A stretch of 64,000 bases of DNA from Pristiophorus japonicus (taxonomy: Eukaryota). Shown piece after piece: positions 39,201 through 52,800 of this stretch. The stretch covers positions 319,052,001 to 319,116,000 of the forward strand of contig NC_091979.1 of assembly GCF_044704955.1 (NCBI RefSeq). The letters are read 5' to 3'. The notes under the pieces are model-generated. The model was not told the origin of the DNA. It was given only the letters and a program-made list of their open reading frames with translations, and ran no database searches. The number at the start of each line of letters is the position of its first letter. The first letter of the stretch is position 1. Position numbers and translations under genes: made by a program.

Positions 39201-41155
39201 CTCTGTGCCCTCACCAAACCCCCTCCCTCGATCTGTGCCCTCACCAAACCCCCTCCCTCGCTCTGTGCCCTCACCAAACCCCCTCCCCCGCTCTGTGCCC
39301 TCACCAAACCCCCTCCCCCGCTCTGTGCCCTCACCAAACCCCCTCCCTCGCTCTGTGCCCTCACCAAACCCCCTCCCTCGCTCTGTGCCCTCACCAAACT
39401 CCCTCCCTCGCTCTGTGCCCTCACCAAACCCCCTCCCTCGCTCTGTGCCCTCAGCAAACCCCCTCCCTCGCTCTGTGCCCTCACCAAACCCCCTCCCTCA
39501 CTCTGTGCCCTCACCAAACTCCCTCCCTCGCTCTGTGCCCTCAGCAAACCCCCTCCCTCACTCTGTGCCCTCACCAAACTCCCTCCCTCGCTCTGTGCCC
39601 TCAGCAAACCCCCTCCCTCGCTCTGTGCCGTCATCAAACTCCCTCCCTCGCTCTGTGCCCTCACCAAACTCCCTCCCTCGCTCTGTGCCCTCATCAAACC
39701 CCCTCCCTCGCTCCGTGCTCTCACCAAACCCCCTCCCTCACTCCGTGCCCTCATCAAACTCCGTCCCTCACTCCGTGCCCTCATCAAAACCCCTCCCTCG
39801 CTCTGTGCCCTCACCAAACCCCCTCCCTCGATCTGTGCCCTCACCAAACCCCCTCCCTCGCTCCGTGCTCTCACCAAACCCCCTCCCTCACTCTGTGCCC
39901 TCACCAAACTCCCTCCCTCGATCTGTGCCCTCACCAAACCCCCTCCCTCGATCTGTGCCCTCACCAAACCCCCTCCCTCGATCTGTGCCCTCACCAAACC
40001 CCCTCCCTCGATCTGTGCCCTCACCAAACCCCCTCCCTCGATCTGTGCCCTCACCAAACCCCCTCCCTCGATCTGTGCCCTCACCAAACCCCCTCCCTCG
40101 CTCTGTGCCCTCACCAAACCCCCTCCCTCGCTCTGTGCCCTCACCAAACCCCCTCCCTCGCTCTGTGCCCTCACCAAACCCCCTCCCTCGCTCTGTGCCC
40201 TCACCAAACTCCCTCCCTCGCTCTGTGCCCTCACCAAACCCCCTCCCTCGCTCTGTGCCCTCAGCAAACCCCCTCCCTCGCTCTGTGCCCTCACCAAACC
40301 CCCTCCCTCACTCTGTGCCCTCACCAAACTCCCTCCCTCGCTCTGTGCCCTCAGCAAACCCCCTCCCTCACTCTGTGCCCTCACCAAACTCCCTCCCTCG
40401 CTCTGTGCCCTCAGCAAACCCCCTCCCTCGCTCTGTGCCGTCATCAAACTCCCTCCCTCGCTCTGTGCCCTCACCAAACTCCCTCCCTCGCTCTGTGCCC
40501 TCATCAAACCCCCTCCCTCGCTCCGTGCTCTCACCAAACCCCCTCCCTCACTCCGTGCCCTCATCAAACTCCGTCCCTCACTCCGTGCCCTCATCAAAAC
40601 CCCTCCCTCGCTCTGTGCCCTCACCAAACCCCCATCTCGCTCGGTGCTCTAACCAAACCCCCTCCCTCGCTCCGTGCCCTCACCAAACCCCCTCCCTCGC
40701 TCTGTGCCCTCACCAAACCCCCTCCCTCACTCCGTGCCCTCACAAAACCCCCTCCCTCGCACCGTGCCCTCACCAAACCCCCTCCCTCGCTCGGTGCTCT
40801 CACCAAACCCCCTCCCTCACTCCGTGCCCTCACCAAACCCCCTCCCTCACTCTGTGCCCTCACCAAACCCCCTCCCTCGCTCTGTGCCCTCACAAAACCC
40901 CCTCCCTCGCACCGTGCCCTCACCAAACCCCCTCCCTCGCTCTGTGCCCTCACCAAACCCTCTCCCCCGCTCCGTGCCCTCACCAAACCCCCTCCCTCGT
41001 TCTGTGCCCTCACCAAACCCCCTCCCTCGCTCCATGCCCTGACCAAACCCCCCTCCCCCGCTCCATGCCCTAACCAACGCCCCCCCCGCCCCCTGCTCTG
41101 TACCCTCACCAAACCTCACCCCCCTACCCCAGCTGTGGGCCCTCACCAAACCTCC
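36259..41155. repeat. 30-bp minisatellite (~160 copies) with higher-order structure
   Basis: Unit cgctctgtgccctcaccaaaccccctccct; variant cassettes recur at 36801, 38001, 39621 and 40431. Confidence 0.98.
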
Positions 41156-41653
41156 CCTCCCCACTGCTGATGCCCCACTCAGCAGTAACCAGACTGTCTT
41201 GTGGAGGGGAGAGAGACACTTGGTCCTCAATATTAACCCCCTCCCCTATGACGGGAGGGAGAGGGTCAGAGGAGTGTGAAAGACTTAAATACAGAGAACG
41301 TGTCCCCAACACATGGTGCCTTATATTCGCCGGCGGACTTCGGGGTGAGTAAGTGCCTCACTGTGGAGAGCCAGGACATTTTATTAACATATTTAAATCG
41401 GGCTCCCACAGTGCAACACGCTGCTGATGAGCAGGTTTCCAAGGGGTCGGGAAACTCGGCAGTGGAAGGGAAGCGGGAACTGTCAGCTCCACAAGTTATG
41501 TGTCTTTCTCATCATTCCTTGTGGGCCAGGACCTAACAAGGAAACATCTTGCCTCCCCTTTCCCGAGTACCTAGCACCCTCCCCATCGCAGCCTCTCCCC
41601 TCTCCACATCGCAGCCTCTCCCCCCTCCACATCGCAGCCTCTCTCCCCCTCCC

Positions 41654-42390
41654 CATCACCTATGGAAACTATGCCTGGGTATATTATCACATGGGCCAAC
41701 TGACAGAGGCCCAGTCCTACCTCGACAAGCTGGAGATGATCTGTAAACAATTTACTGATGGCTCTCGGTATACAGCACTGATACCTGAAGTATACGGGGA
41801 GAAGGGTTGGTCACTGTTGAGTTCTGCCGCTCAATGCTATGAAGAGGCAAAGGAATGTTTTGAGAAGGCTCTGGAGGAAGATTCTGATGACACTGAATGG
41901 AACGTTGGCTATGCGACTGCTCTGTTTTGTCTGGAAGGGTTTTCTGGTACCCCAGAGAGTGGTGACCGCAGCCAATCAGTGAAGCGGTTACAACGTGTGC
42001 TGGAACTTGATCCAGATGACTCTGTAACCATGGTGATGTTGGCTCTAAAACTGCAAGAGTTCAATCAAAAGGAGGCAGCACTCAGGAGTTCAATCAAAAG
42101 GAGGAAGTTGAACAAGCATTGCAGAAGTCTCCTGATCTTCCATATGTAACTCGTTATGCAGCAACATTTCTGAGAAGAGAAGATGTGGAAAAAGCTGTGG
42201 AGCTGTTGAAGAATGCATTAGAAATTACCCCAAACTCTCCCTTCTTACACCACCAAATAGGTCTGTGTTACAGAAAGCGACTACTTCAACTGATCAAATA
42301 TCCAGGCAGCAGAGACCCTCGCAATCCTGCTTTTCAACAGAAAGCTGAGTTGGTCAATCAATGCAAGTACTATTTTCAAATGGCATTTAA
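41654..42390 (+). pseudogene. IFIT: IFIT pseudogene fragment (5'- and 3'-truncated, frameshifted)
   Basis: ITYGNYAWVYYHMG...EKGWSLL...MLALKLQ, a duplicated gagttcaatcaaaaggagg causing a frameshift, then PYVTRYAA...LHHQIGLCY; ends at a CR1 tail (catagaaa)n. Confidence 0.92.
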
Positions 42391-42419
42391 CATAGAAACA
42401 TAGAAACATATAAATTTAC

Positions 42420-45400
42420 AATGTACCACACTCCAACCGGCCGTTAGTGAAGATCTCCTGGTGAATGGCGGAGTGATTGAGAAAGTTCCACAGCGGGAAG
42501 GAAACAAGGATTGTGGACTGAGGAACAACAGCAGGTGAACCAGCACAGGATTGTGAGAGCACCAACCAGTGAGCCCCTTCCGTTTGAAAGCGCTTCAATA
42601 GATCGACTGGGGAGAAAGGAGGTGCGTGGAGAGGCGGGATTTCCGGGGATCAGAGAGGCCTACAAAAGGCCAGTGAGACTGGGAGCAGCGTCGAGGAGGT
42701 ACGTGGAGAGGCGGGATTTCCGGGGATCGGAGAGGCCGACACAAGGCCAGTGAGACCGGGAGCAGCATCGAGGAGGTACGTGGAGAGGCGAGAGTTCCGG
42801 GGATCGGAGAGGCCGACACAAGGCCAGTGAGACCGGGAGCAGCGTCGAGGAGGTATGTGGAGAGGCGGGAGTTCCGGGGATCGGAGAGGCCTACACAAGG
42901 CCAGTGAGACCAGGAGCAGCGTCGAGGAGGTATGTGGAGAGGCGGGAGTTCCAGGGATCGGAGAGGCCTACACAAGGCCAGTGAGACCAGGAGCAGCATC
43001 GAGGAGGTGCGTGGAGAGGCGGGAGTTCCGGGGATCGGAGAGGCCTACACAAGGCCAGTGAGACCAGGAGCAGCGTCGAGGAGGTATGTGGAGAGGCGGG
43101 AGTTCCAGGGATCGGAGAGGCCTACACAAGGCCAGTGAGACCAGGAGCAGCGTCGAGGAGGTGCGTGGAGAGGCGGGAGTTCCGGGGATCGGAGAGGCCT
43201 ACACAAGGCCAGTGAGACCAGGAGCAGCACCGAGGAGGTGCGTGGAGAGGCGGGAGTTCCGGGGATCGGAAAGGCCTACACAAGGACAGTGAGACCTGGA
43301 GCAGCGTCGAGGAGGTGCGTGGAGAGGCGGGAGTTCCGGGGATCGGAGAGGCCTACACAAGGACAGTGAGACCTGGAGCAGCTTCGAGGAGGTCCGTGGA
43401 GAGGCGTGGCTTGTCCAGTTACAAGGGGAAGGCAAAAAAGAAGCAGAAAGAAATAGAAAGGTGACGTCACACCCAAGGGGGTAAGTGATTGGCTGGTGAT
43501 TGGTAAGTAGTTTTTCTTTTTTCTCTTCTATATCAGGAAGTATCCTTTAGCATTGTTGTTGTCAATTTAAGTTAATCTAAGGGTTAAGTCATGGCAGGAG
43601 AGCTTGGACACGTGTTATGCTCCTCCTGTACTATGTGGGAAATCAGAGACGCCTCCGGTGTCCCTGACGACTATGTGTGCGGGAAGTGTATCCGCGTCCA
43701 GCTCCTGGCGGACTGCGTTGTGGAATTGGAGCTGGAGGTGGATTCACTCTGGAGCATCCACGATGCTGAGAATGACGTGAATAGCACGTTTAGTGAGTTG
43801 GTCTTACCGCAGGTAAAGGGTCCACAGCCAGATAGGGAATGGAAGACCAACAGGAAGAGCAGTGAAAGGAAGGTAGTGCAGGGATCCCCTGCGGTTATCC
43901 CCCTGCAAAACAGATACACTGCTTTAAGTGCTATTGGGGGGGATGACTCATCAGGGGGGAGCAGCAGCAGCCAAGTTCATGGCACCGTTGGTGGCTCTGT
44001 TGCACAGGAGGGCAGGAAAAAGAGTGGGAGAGCAATAGTGATAGGGGATTCAATTGTAAGGGGAATAGATAGGCGTTTCTGCGGCCACAACCGAGATTCC
44101 AGGATGGTATGTTGCCTCCCTGGTGCAAGGGTCAAGGATGTCTCGGAGCGGGTGCAGGACATTCTGAAAAGGGAGGGTGAACAGCCAGTTGTCGTGGTGC
44201 ATATAGGTACCAACGATATAGGTAAAAAAAATGGGATGAGGTCCTACGAGATGAATTTAAGGAGCTAGGAGCTAAATTAAAAAGTAGGACCTCAAAAGTA
44301 GTAAACTCGGGATTGCTACCAGTGCCACGAGCTAGTCAGAGTAGGAATTGCAGGATAGCTCAGATGAATACGTGGCTTGAGCAGTGGTGCAGCAGGGAGG
44401 GATTCACATTCCTGGGGCATTGGAACCGGTTCTGGGGGAGGTGGGACCAGTACAAACCGGACGGTCTGCACCTAGGAAGGACTGGAACCAATGTCCTAGG
44501 AGGAGTGTTTGCTAGTGCTGTTGGGGAGGAGTTAAACTAATATGGCAGGGGGATGGGAACCAATGCAGGGAGACAGAGGGAAACAAAATGGAGACAGAAG
44601 CAAAAGACAGAAAAGAGATGAGTAAAAGTGGAGGGCAGAGAAACCCAAGGCAAAAAACAAAAAGGGCCACTTTGCAGCAAAATTCTAAAGGGTCTAAGTA
44701 TGGTAAAAAGGCAAGCCTGAAGGCTCTGTGCCTCAATGCGAGGAGTATTCGGCATAAGGTGGACGAATTAACTGTGCAGAGAGCAGTTACCGGATATCAG
44801 AATGGCAGGCAGTGACTAGTGGGGTACCGCAAGGTTCTGTGCTGGGGCCCCAGCTGTTTACATTGTACATTAACGATTTAGACGAGGGGATTAAATGTAG
44901 TATTTCCAAATTTGCGGATGACACTAAATTGGGTGGCAGTATGAGCTGCGAGGAGGATGCTATGAGGCTGCAGAGTGACTTGGATAGGTTAGGTGAGTGA
45001 GCAAATGCATGGCAGATGAAGTATAATGTGGATAAATGTGAGGTTATCCACTTTGGTGGTAAAAACAGAGAGACAGACTATTATCTGAATGGTGACAGAT
45101 TAGAAAAGGAGAGGTGCAACGAGACCTGGGTGTCATGGTACATCAGTCATTGAAGGTTGGCATGCAGGTACAGCAGGCGGTTAAGAAAGCAAATGGCATG
45201 TTGGCCTTCATAGCGAGGGGATTTGAGTACAGGGGCAGGGAGGTGTTGCTACAGTTGTACAGGGCCTTGGTGAGGCCACACCTGGAGTATTGTGTACAGT
45301 TTTGGTCTCCTAACTTGAGGAAGGACATTCTTGCTATTGAGGGAGTGCAGCGAAGGTTCACCAGACTGATTCCCGGGATGGCGGGATTGACATATCAAGA

Positions 45401-45849
45401 AAGACTGGATCAACTGGGCTTGTATTCACTGGAGTTGAGAAGAATGAGAGGGGATCTCATAGAAACATTTAAAATTCTGATGGGTTTCGACAGGTTAGAT
45501 GCAAGAAGAATGTTCCCAATGTTGGGGAAGTCCAGAACCAGGTGTCACAGTCTAAGGATAAGGGGTAAGCCATTTAGGACCGAGATGAGGAGAAACTTCT
45601 TCACCCAGAGAGTGGTGAACCTGTGGAATTCTCATCCACAGAAAGTTGTTGAGGCCAATTCACTAAATATATTCGAAAAGGAGTTAGATGTAGCCCTTAC
45701 TATGAGGGGGATCAAGGGGTATGGCGAGAAAGCAGGAATGGGGTACTGAAGTTGCATGTTCAGCCTTGAACTCATTGAATGGCGGTGCAGGCTCGAAGGT
45801 CCGAATGCCCTACTCACGCACCTATTTTCTATCTTTCTATCTTTCTATG
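42420..45849 (+). mobile_element. CR1 LINE with 5' UTR, ORF1 (zinc finger + SGNH esterase) and internally deleted ORF2
   Basis: ORF1 from 43591: CSSC...CGKC, GDSIVR, GTNDI, DGLH; ORF2 jumps from LNARSIRHK to GVPQGSVLG; tttctatc tail. Confidence 0.93.
42620..43410 (+). repeat. 77-bp CpG-rich tandem monomers (~10 copies) in the CR1 5' UTR
   Basis: gagaggcg-anchored unit recurring every 77 bp from 42629 to 43399. Confidence 0.95.
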
Positions 45850-46107
45850 AATCCCTGGCCCAAGACCGCCCTCAGTGGAGGAAGAGCATCCAGGAGGCCT
45901 CGAGTCTCGTCATCGAGAGCATGCAGAAACCAAGCACAGACAGTGGAAGGAGAGAGCGGCAAACCAGATTCCCTACCCACCCGTTCCTTCAACGACTGTC
46001 TGTCCCACCTGTGACAGAAACTGTAATTCCCATATTGGACTGGACAGTCACCTGAGAACTCACTTTTGGAGTGGAAGAAAGTCTTCCTCAATTTCGAGGG
46101 ACTGCCT
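45850..46107 (+). mobile_element. RTE LINE 3' end; its (TGA)n tail resumes at ~47875
   Basis: ESLAQDRPQWRKSI and CPTCDRNCNSHIGLDSHLRTH, RTE C-terminal motifs. Confidence 0.8.
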
Positions 46108-47874
46108 ATAGAAACATAGAAACATAGAAAATAGGTGTAGGAATAGGCCATTCGGCCCTTCGAGCCTGCACCGCCATTCAATGAGTCTCTGTTTTTACCA
46201 CCAAAGTGGATAACCTCACATTTATCCACATTATACTTCATCTGCCATGCATTTGCCCACTCACCTAACCTATCCAAGTCACTCTGCAGCCTCATAGCAT
46301 CCTCCTCGCAGCTCACACTGCCACCCGACTTAGTGTCATCCACAAATTTGGAGATAGTACATTTAATCCTCTCATCTAAATCATTAATGTGCAATGTAAA
46401 CAGCTGGTTCCCCAGCACAGAACCTTGCGGTACCCCACTAGTCACTGCCTGCCATTCTGAAAAGTACCCATTTACTCCTACTCTTTGCTTCCTGTCTGTC
46501 AACCAGTTCTCAATCCACGTCAGCACACTACCCCCAATCCCATGTGCTTTAACTTTGCACACTAATCTCTTAAGTGGGACCTTGTCGAAGACCTTCTGAA
46601 AGTCCAAATATACCACATCAACTGGTTCTCCCTTGTCCACTCTACTGGAAACATCCTCAAAAAATTCCAGAAGATTTGTCAAGCATGATTTCCCTTTCAC
46701 AAATCCATGCTGACTTGGACTTATCATATCACCTCTTTCCAAATGCGCTGCTATGATGTCCTTAATAATTGATTCCATCATTTTACCCACTACTGAGGTC
46801 AGGCTGACCGGTCTATAATTCCCTGTTTTCTCTCTCCCTCCTTTTTTAAAAAGTGGGGTTACATTGGCTACCCTCCACTCCATTGGTAACTGATCCAGAG
46901 TCCATGGAATGTTGGAAATGACTGTCAATGCATCCGCTATTTCCAAGGCACCTCCTTAAGTACTCTGGGATGCAGTCCATCAGGTCCTGGGGATTTATCG
47001 GCCTTCAATCCCATTAATTTCCCCAACACAATTTCCTGACTAGTAAGGATTTCCCTCAGTTCCTCCTTCTTACTGGACCCTCTTATCCCTTTTATATCCG
47101 GAAATTTGTTTGTGTCCTCCTTAGTGAATACTGAACCAAAGTACTTGTTCAATTGGTCTGCCATTTCTTTGTTCCCCGTTATGACTTCCCCTGATTCTGA
47201 CTGCAGGGGACCTACATTTGTCTTTACTAACCTTTTTCTCTTTACATATCTATAGAAGCTTTTGCAGTCGGTCTTAATGTTCCCTGCAAGCTTCCTCTCA
47301 TACTCTATTTTCCCTGCCCTAATCAAACCCTTTGTCCTCCTCTGCTGAGTTCTAAATTTCTCCCAGTCCCCGGGTTCGCTACTATTTCTGGCCAATTTGT
47401 ATGCCACTTCCTTGGCTTTAATACTATCCCTGATTTCCTTTGATAGCCACGGTTAAGCCACCTTCCCTTTTTTATTTTTACGCCAGACAGGGATGTACAA
47501 TTGTTGTAGTTCATCCATGCAGTCTCTAAATGTCTGCCATTGCCCATCCACAGTCAACCCTTTAAGTATCATTCGCCAATCTACCGTAGCCAATTCACAC
47601 CTCATACTTTCAAAGTTACCCTTCTTTAAGTTCTGGACCATGGTCTCTGAATTAACTGTTTCATTCTCCATCCTAATGCAGAATTCCACCATATTATGGT
47701 CACTCTTCCCCAAGGGGCCTCGCACAACGAGATTGCTAATTAATCCTCTCTCATTACACAACACCCAGTCTAAGATGGCCTCCCCCCTAGTTGGTTCCTC
47801 GACATATTGGTATAGAAAACCATCCCTTATGCACTCCAGGAAATCCTCCTCCACCGTATTGCTTCCAGTTTGGT
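46108..47874 (-). mobile_element. CR1 ORF2 fragment inserted into the RTE tail
   Basis: SDHNMVEF, YRPVSLTS, LDFQKVFD, KFVDDTK; internal deletion before the 3' tail. Confidence 0.93.
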
Positions 47875-48015
47875 TGATGATGATGATGATTACACTATGT
47901 TACGAGATGTATTGACATTTTAAGATAAAAACAGTGACATTGACTCCGATATTAATCCAGAGACAGGATCAGAGTAGGGTGGGGGAGGGGCGATAGCAGA
48001 TGACAGAACCCAACA

Positions 48016-48950
48016 TTGTGGGACCCGTGGAAAAATCCATTTTCAATGGGGATTCCTCATTTTCAATTTTTTCCGGGTTTCGTGTCCCCAAAGTATGAGA
48101 GAAGGCATGACACAGACCTGCATGATGCAATTTTACCTCGAGCACTGAAAGGGCCAGTTCACAGAGGCAATGGAGGAGGAGGTTTGCAGTTAGCTACATT
48201 GGGTTGGAAGGGGTTCAGGCAGAATTATGGAAGGAAGGAGGACAAAGGCTGCTCCCAGGTTTAATGAGGCGTCCCTGGATATTATTGGAGTCCTCATCTG
48301 ATGGGGAGTGCTGAGCGGCTTGTTCCTCTGCACCTCTAGTCCTCGCTGCTGTGCTGTGTTGTGCAGAATGCAGCACACCACGATTTTCCTGGAGACCCTC
48401 ATTGGTGAGTACTGAAGGGTGTCTCCAGACCTGTCTAGGCTCCTGAAACGCAACTTGAGCATGTCAATGGCTTGCTCAATGACACATCTGGTTGACGTCT
48501 GGCTCCTGATGTAACTCTCCTCAGAGGTATCATTAGCCAGGTTTGAAGAGGATATCTTTGTCGCCTCGCCCTTAAGGCTGGTTCCAGGTCTGAACATGTT
48601 GGGGATTCTGGACTGCCACAGCATGATCGCAGCTCCCAGGGAATCTGGCGCAGACCTGCATGAACCTTTATTTTTTAATTACACACTAGCTGAGCATTGA
48701 TGGAATGGAATCCCTTGGGATTGACAAATACTCCTGGTTGATCTGTGGGGTGCTCGGACTGCCCCGTGTGTGCAGTCGATGCCAGCCTGCCCCTGTGGGA
48801 AGCCAGCCAGAGATGTAAATCCGAGTGCCCACTGATTCTGGCTATTGTCATCACAGGGGCAATTTATATACCTCCAGCACGGGCGAACAATCCATCAGTC
48901 ACCTGCCTTACGCATTGACTTGCAGCCGACTGCGAGACTCCGTGTGCGTT
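48016..48950 (-). mobile_element. Harbinger transposase remnant (with convergent Myb-ORF start on plus strand)
   Basis: GIDCTH, KGFHSINAQLVC, RCVIEQAIDMLKLRFRSLDRSG, CCILHN; plus strand AAPRFNEASL. Confidence 0.85.
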
Positions 48951-49897
48951 GGGTTACGGCCGCATTTCACATGTTTGACAGTTTAACCCTCCGTGACCCT
49001 CTCCCACCTGGTGTGAGGGGTTAATATCAAAGTCATTGTGATAGGGGCCCAGGAGAGGTGTGCGTTTGGGGCCCATAAGAGGCGAGGACACAGGAGCAGC
49101 ACGGGCCAGCCCACACTACGATATGTGCGTGCACTAGGTCCATGCAGCAGAGCTGGCCTGCTGTCTTGGTTAATCCTTACAACTGGACCAAGACCTAGTT
49201 CTGTCAAGCCTGTGCGATGGCTGGTGTGCAACGGCCACCACACATTAAAAAAATCCATGCACTGTCATCTTCCACCCTTCAACATGTTTTTCTGGACCAG
49301 TAATATTAGGTCCTTCATTGAAACACCTGTGAACTCATACCTTTTTGACATGGAAGCAAGTCATCCTCGATACTAGGGGCTGCCTAAGAGAGAGACATTG
49401 TTTTCAAACCCACTGAAATGAGGGGAGCTGGAGCTATCCGCTTATAGCAGAGGTATGTATACAACAAGGCAGCTGCCTCAGGGCAAACTCCTTCCTAAAC
49501 CTGCCTCCCTGTGTCTGCTGCAATGAAAATAGAACATTTCTTACAGCAGGGGACTGGTGATGGTGGAATTGCTCTCTCTCTCTCCCTCTCTCTCCACTCT
49601 GTCTCCCTGTATTCCCTCCCTCTCTGTGAGAGCTGGGACTGGTGCATGCACTAGGTTCCAGAGGGTGGCAGTGTGGGTTATTAGTTACTCGCATTGCTCC
49701 TGCACAAATAGGCTGTGCGTTATATAAAAGACACAATCTGTAAGTGGTTTTGCCCTTGGTGGTTTCAATCAGCTCCCTTACAACATTTCTAGACACCGGA
49801 ATTATAGTGGTGAACAAGAATACATTTATAGCCAGATCATTCCGTCTCAACCGTCACAATGCTTTTATTCGATTTAAGGCACACACTTGCTTCCAGT

Positions 49898-52800
49898 AAG
49901 AAACATAGAAACATAGAAAATAGGTGCAGGAGTCGGCCATTCGGCCCTTCGAGCCTGCACCACCATTCAATAAGATCATGGCTGATCATTCCTTCAGTTC
50001 CTGCTTTCTCTCCATACCCCTTGATCCCTTTAGCCACAAGGGCCATATCTAGCTCCCTCTTGAATATATCCAATGAACTGGCAACAACAACTCTCTGCGG
50101 TAGGGAATTCCACAGGTTCACAACTCTATGAGTGAAGAAGTTCCTCCTCATCTCAGTCCTAAATGGCTTACCCCTTATCCTTAAATTGTGTCCCCTGGTT
50201 CTGGACTTCCCCAACATCGGGCCTGCATCTAACCTGTCCAGTCCCGTCAGAATTTTATACGTTTCTATGAGATCCCCTCTCATCCTTCTAAACTCCAGTG
50301 AATACAGGCCCAGTCGATCCAGTCTCTCCTCATATGTCAGTCCTGCCATCCCGGGAATCAGTCTGGTGAACCTTCGCTGCACTCCCGCAATAGCAAGAAC
50401 GTCCTTCCTCAGATTAGGAGACCAAAACTGAACACAATATTCCAGGTGGGGCTTCACCAAGGCCCTGTACAACTGCAGTAAGACTTTCCTGCTCCTATAC
50501 TCCTACACCTGAAGTACTGCGTGCAGTTTTGGTCACCTTACTTAAGGAAGGATATATTGGCTTTGGAGGGGGTACAGAGATGATTCACTAGGCTGATTCT
50601 GGAGATGAGGGGGTTACCTTATAGAAAACATAGAAAACATAGAAAATAGGTGCAGGAGTAGGCCATTCGGCCCTTCGAGCCTGCACCACCATTCAACAAG
50701 ATCATGGCTGATCACCCACCCCTGCACCTCCATATTATCATGATAGATTGAGTAGACTGGGTCTTTACTCCTTGGAGTTCAGAAGGATGAGGGGTGATCT
50801 TATAGAAACATTTAAAGTAATGAAAGGGATAGACAAGATAGAGGCAGAGAGGTTGTTTCCACTGGTCGGGGAGACTAGAACTAGGGGGCACAGCCTCAAA
50901 ATACGGGGGAGCCAATTTAAAACTGAGTTGAGAAGGAATTTCTTCTCCCAGAGGGTTGTGAATCTGTGGAATTCTCTGCCCAAGGAAGCAGTTGAGGCTA
51001 GCTCATTGAATGTATTCAAATCACAGAGAGGTAGATTTTTAACCAATAAGGGAATTAAGGGTTACGGGGAGCGGGCGGGTAAGTGGAGCTGAGTCCACGG
51101 CCAGATCAGCCATGATCTTGTTGAATGGCGGAGCAGGCTCGAGGGGCTAGATGGCCTACTCCTGCTCCTAATTCTTATGTTCTTATGTTCTTATGTTCCT
51201 CACAGCTCACACCGCCACCCAGTTTAGTGTCATCTGCAAACTTGGAGATATTACATTCAATTCCATCATCTAAATCATTAATATATGTTGTAAAATAGCT
51301 GGGGTCCCAGCACTGAGCCCTGCGGCACTCCACTAGTCACTGCCTGCCATTCTGAAAAGGACCTGTTAATCCCGACTCTCTGCCTCCTGTCTGCCAACCA
51401 GTTCTCTATCCACATCAGTACATTACCCCCAATGCCATGTGCTTTGATTTTGCACACCGATCTCTTGTGTGGGACCTTGTCAAAAGTCTTTTGAAAGTCC
51501 AAATACACCACATCCACTGATTCTCCCCTGTCCACTCTACTGGTTACATCCTCAAAAAATTCCAGAAGATTTGTCAAGCATGATTTTCCTTTCATAAATC
51601 CATGCTGAATTGGACCAATCCAAATGCGCTGCTATTTCATCCTTAATGATTGATTCCAACATTTTCCCCACTACTGATGTCAGGCTAACCGGTCTATAAT
51701 TACCCGTTTTCTCTCTCCCTCCTTTTTTAAAAAGTGGTGTTACATTAGCAACCCTCCAGTCCATAGGAACTGATCCAGCGTCGATAGACTGTTGGAAAAT
51801 TATCACCAATGCATCCACTATTTCTAGGGCCATTTCATTAAGTACTCTGGGATGCAGACTATCAAGCCCTGGGGATTTATCGGCCTTCAATCCCGTCAAT
51901 TTCCCGAATACAATTTCCCGCCTAATTACAATATCCTTCAGTTCCTCCTTCTCACTAGACCTTTGGTCCCCTAGTACATCCGGAATGTTATTTGTGTCTT
52001 CCTTTACAAAGACAGAACCAAAGTACTTGTTCAATTGGTCTGCCATTTCTTTGTTCCCCATTATAAATTCACCTGAATCCGACTGCAAGGGACCTACGTT
52101 TGCCTTCACTAATCTTTTTCTCTTAACATATCTATAGAAGCTTTTGCAGTCAGTTTTTATGTTTCCGGCAAGCTTCCTCTCGTACTCTATTTTCCCCCTC
52201 TTAATTAAACCTTTTGTCCTCCTCTGCTGTATTCTAAATTTCTCCCAGTCCTCTGGCTTGCTACTTTTTCTGGCTAATTTGTATGCCTCTTCATTGGATT
52301 TAACACTATCCTTAATTTCCCTTGTTAACCACGGTTGAGCCACCTTCCCTGTTTTATTTTTACTCCAGACAGGGATATGCAATTGTTGAAGTTCATCCAT
52401 ATGATCTTTGTGTTTTGCCATTGCCTATCCACCGTCAACCCTTTAAATATCATTTGCCAGTCTAATCTAGCCAATTCGCGCCTCATGCCATCAAAGTTAC
52501 CTTTCCTTCTGTTCAGGGCCCGAGTTTCTAAATTAACTTCTCACTCTCCATCTTAATAAAGAATTCTACCATATTATGGTCACTCTTCCCCAAGGAACCT
52601 CGCACAACAAGATTGCTAATTAGTCCCTTCTCATTACACATCATCCAGTCTAGGATAGCCAGCTCTCTGGTTGGTTCCTCGACATATTGGTCTCGAAAAC
52701 CATCCCCAATACACTCCAGGAAATCCTCCTCCACTGCATTGCTACCAGTTAGGTTAGCCCAATCAATATGTAGATTGAAGTCGCCCATGGTAACTGCTGT

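Noticed and set aside
35938-41073. 1711-, 1471-, 889- and 587-aa ORFs resembling extensin/mucin proteins
   Set aside because: The 30-bp unit is stop-free in several frames on both strands, so the ORFs are a by-product of the minisatellite.
41427-41653. Novel N-terminus fused to the second IFIT (ORF 41427-42149)
   Set aside because: Derived from low-complexity ~25-bp repeats; lacks CHFTW, and the IFIT part is frameshifted and truncated.
35194-43410. CRISPR-like arrays (28-, 30- and 77-bp repeats)
   Set aside because: Head-to-tail repeats with no unique spacers and no cas genes, in a vertebrate context.
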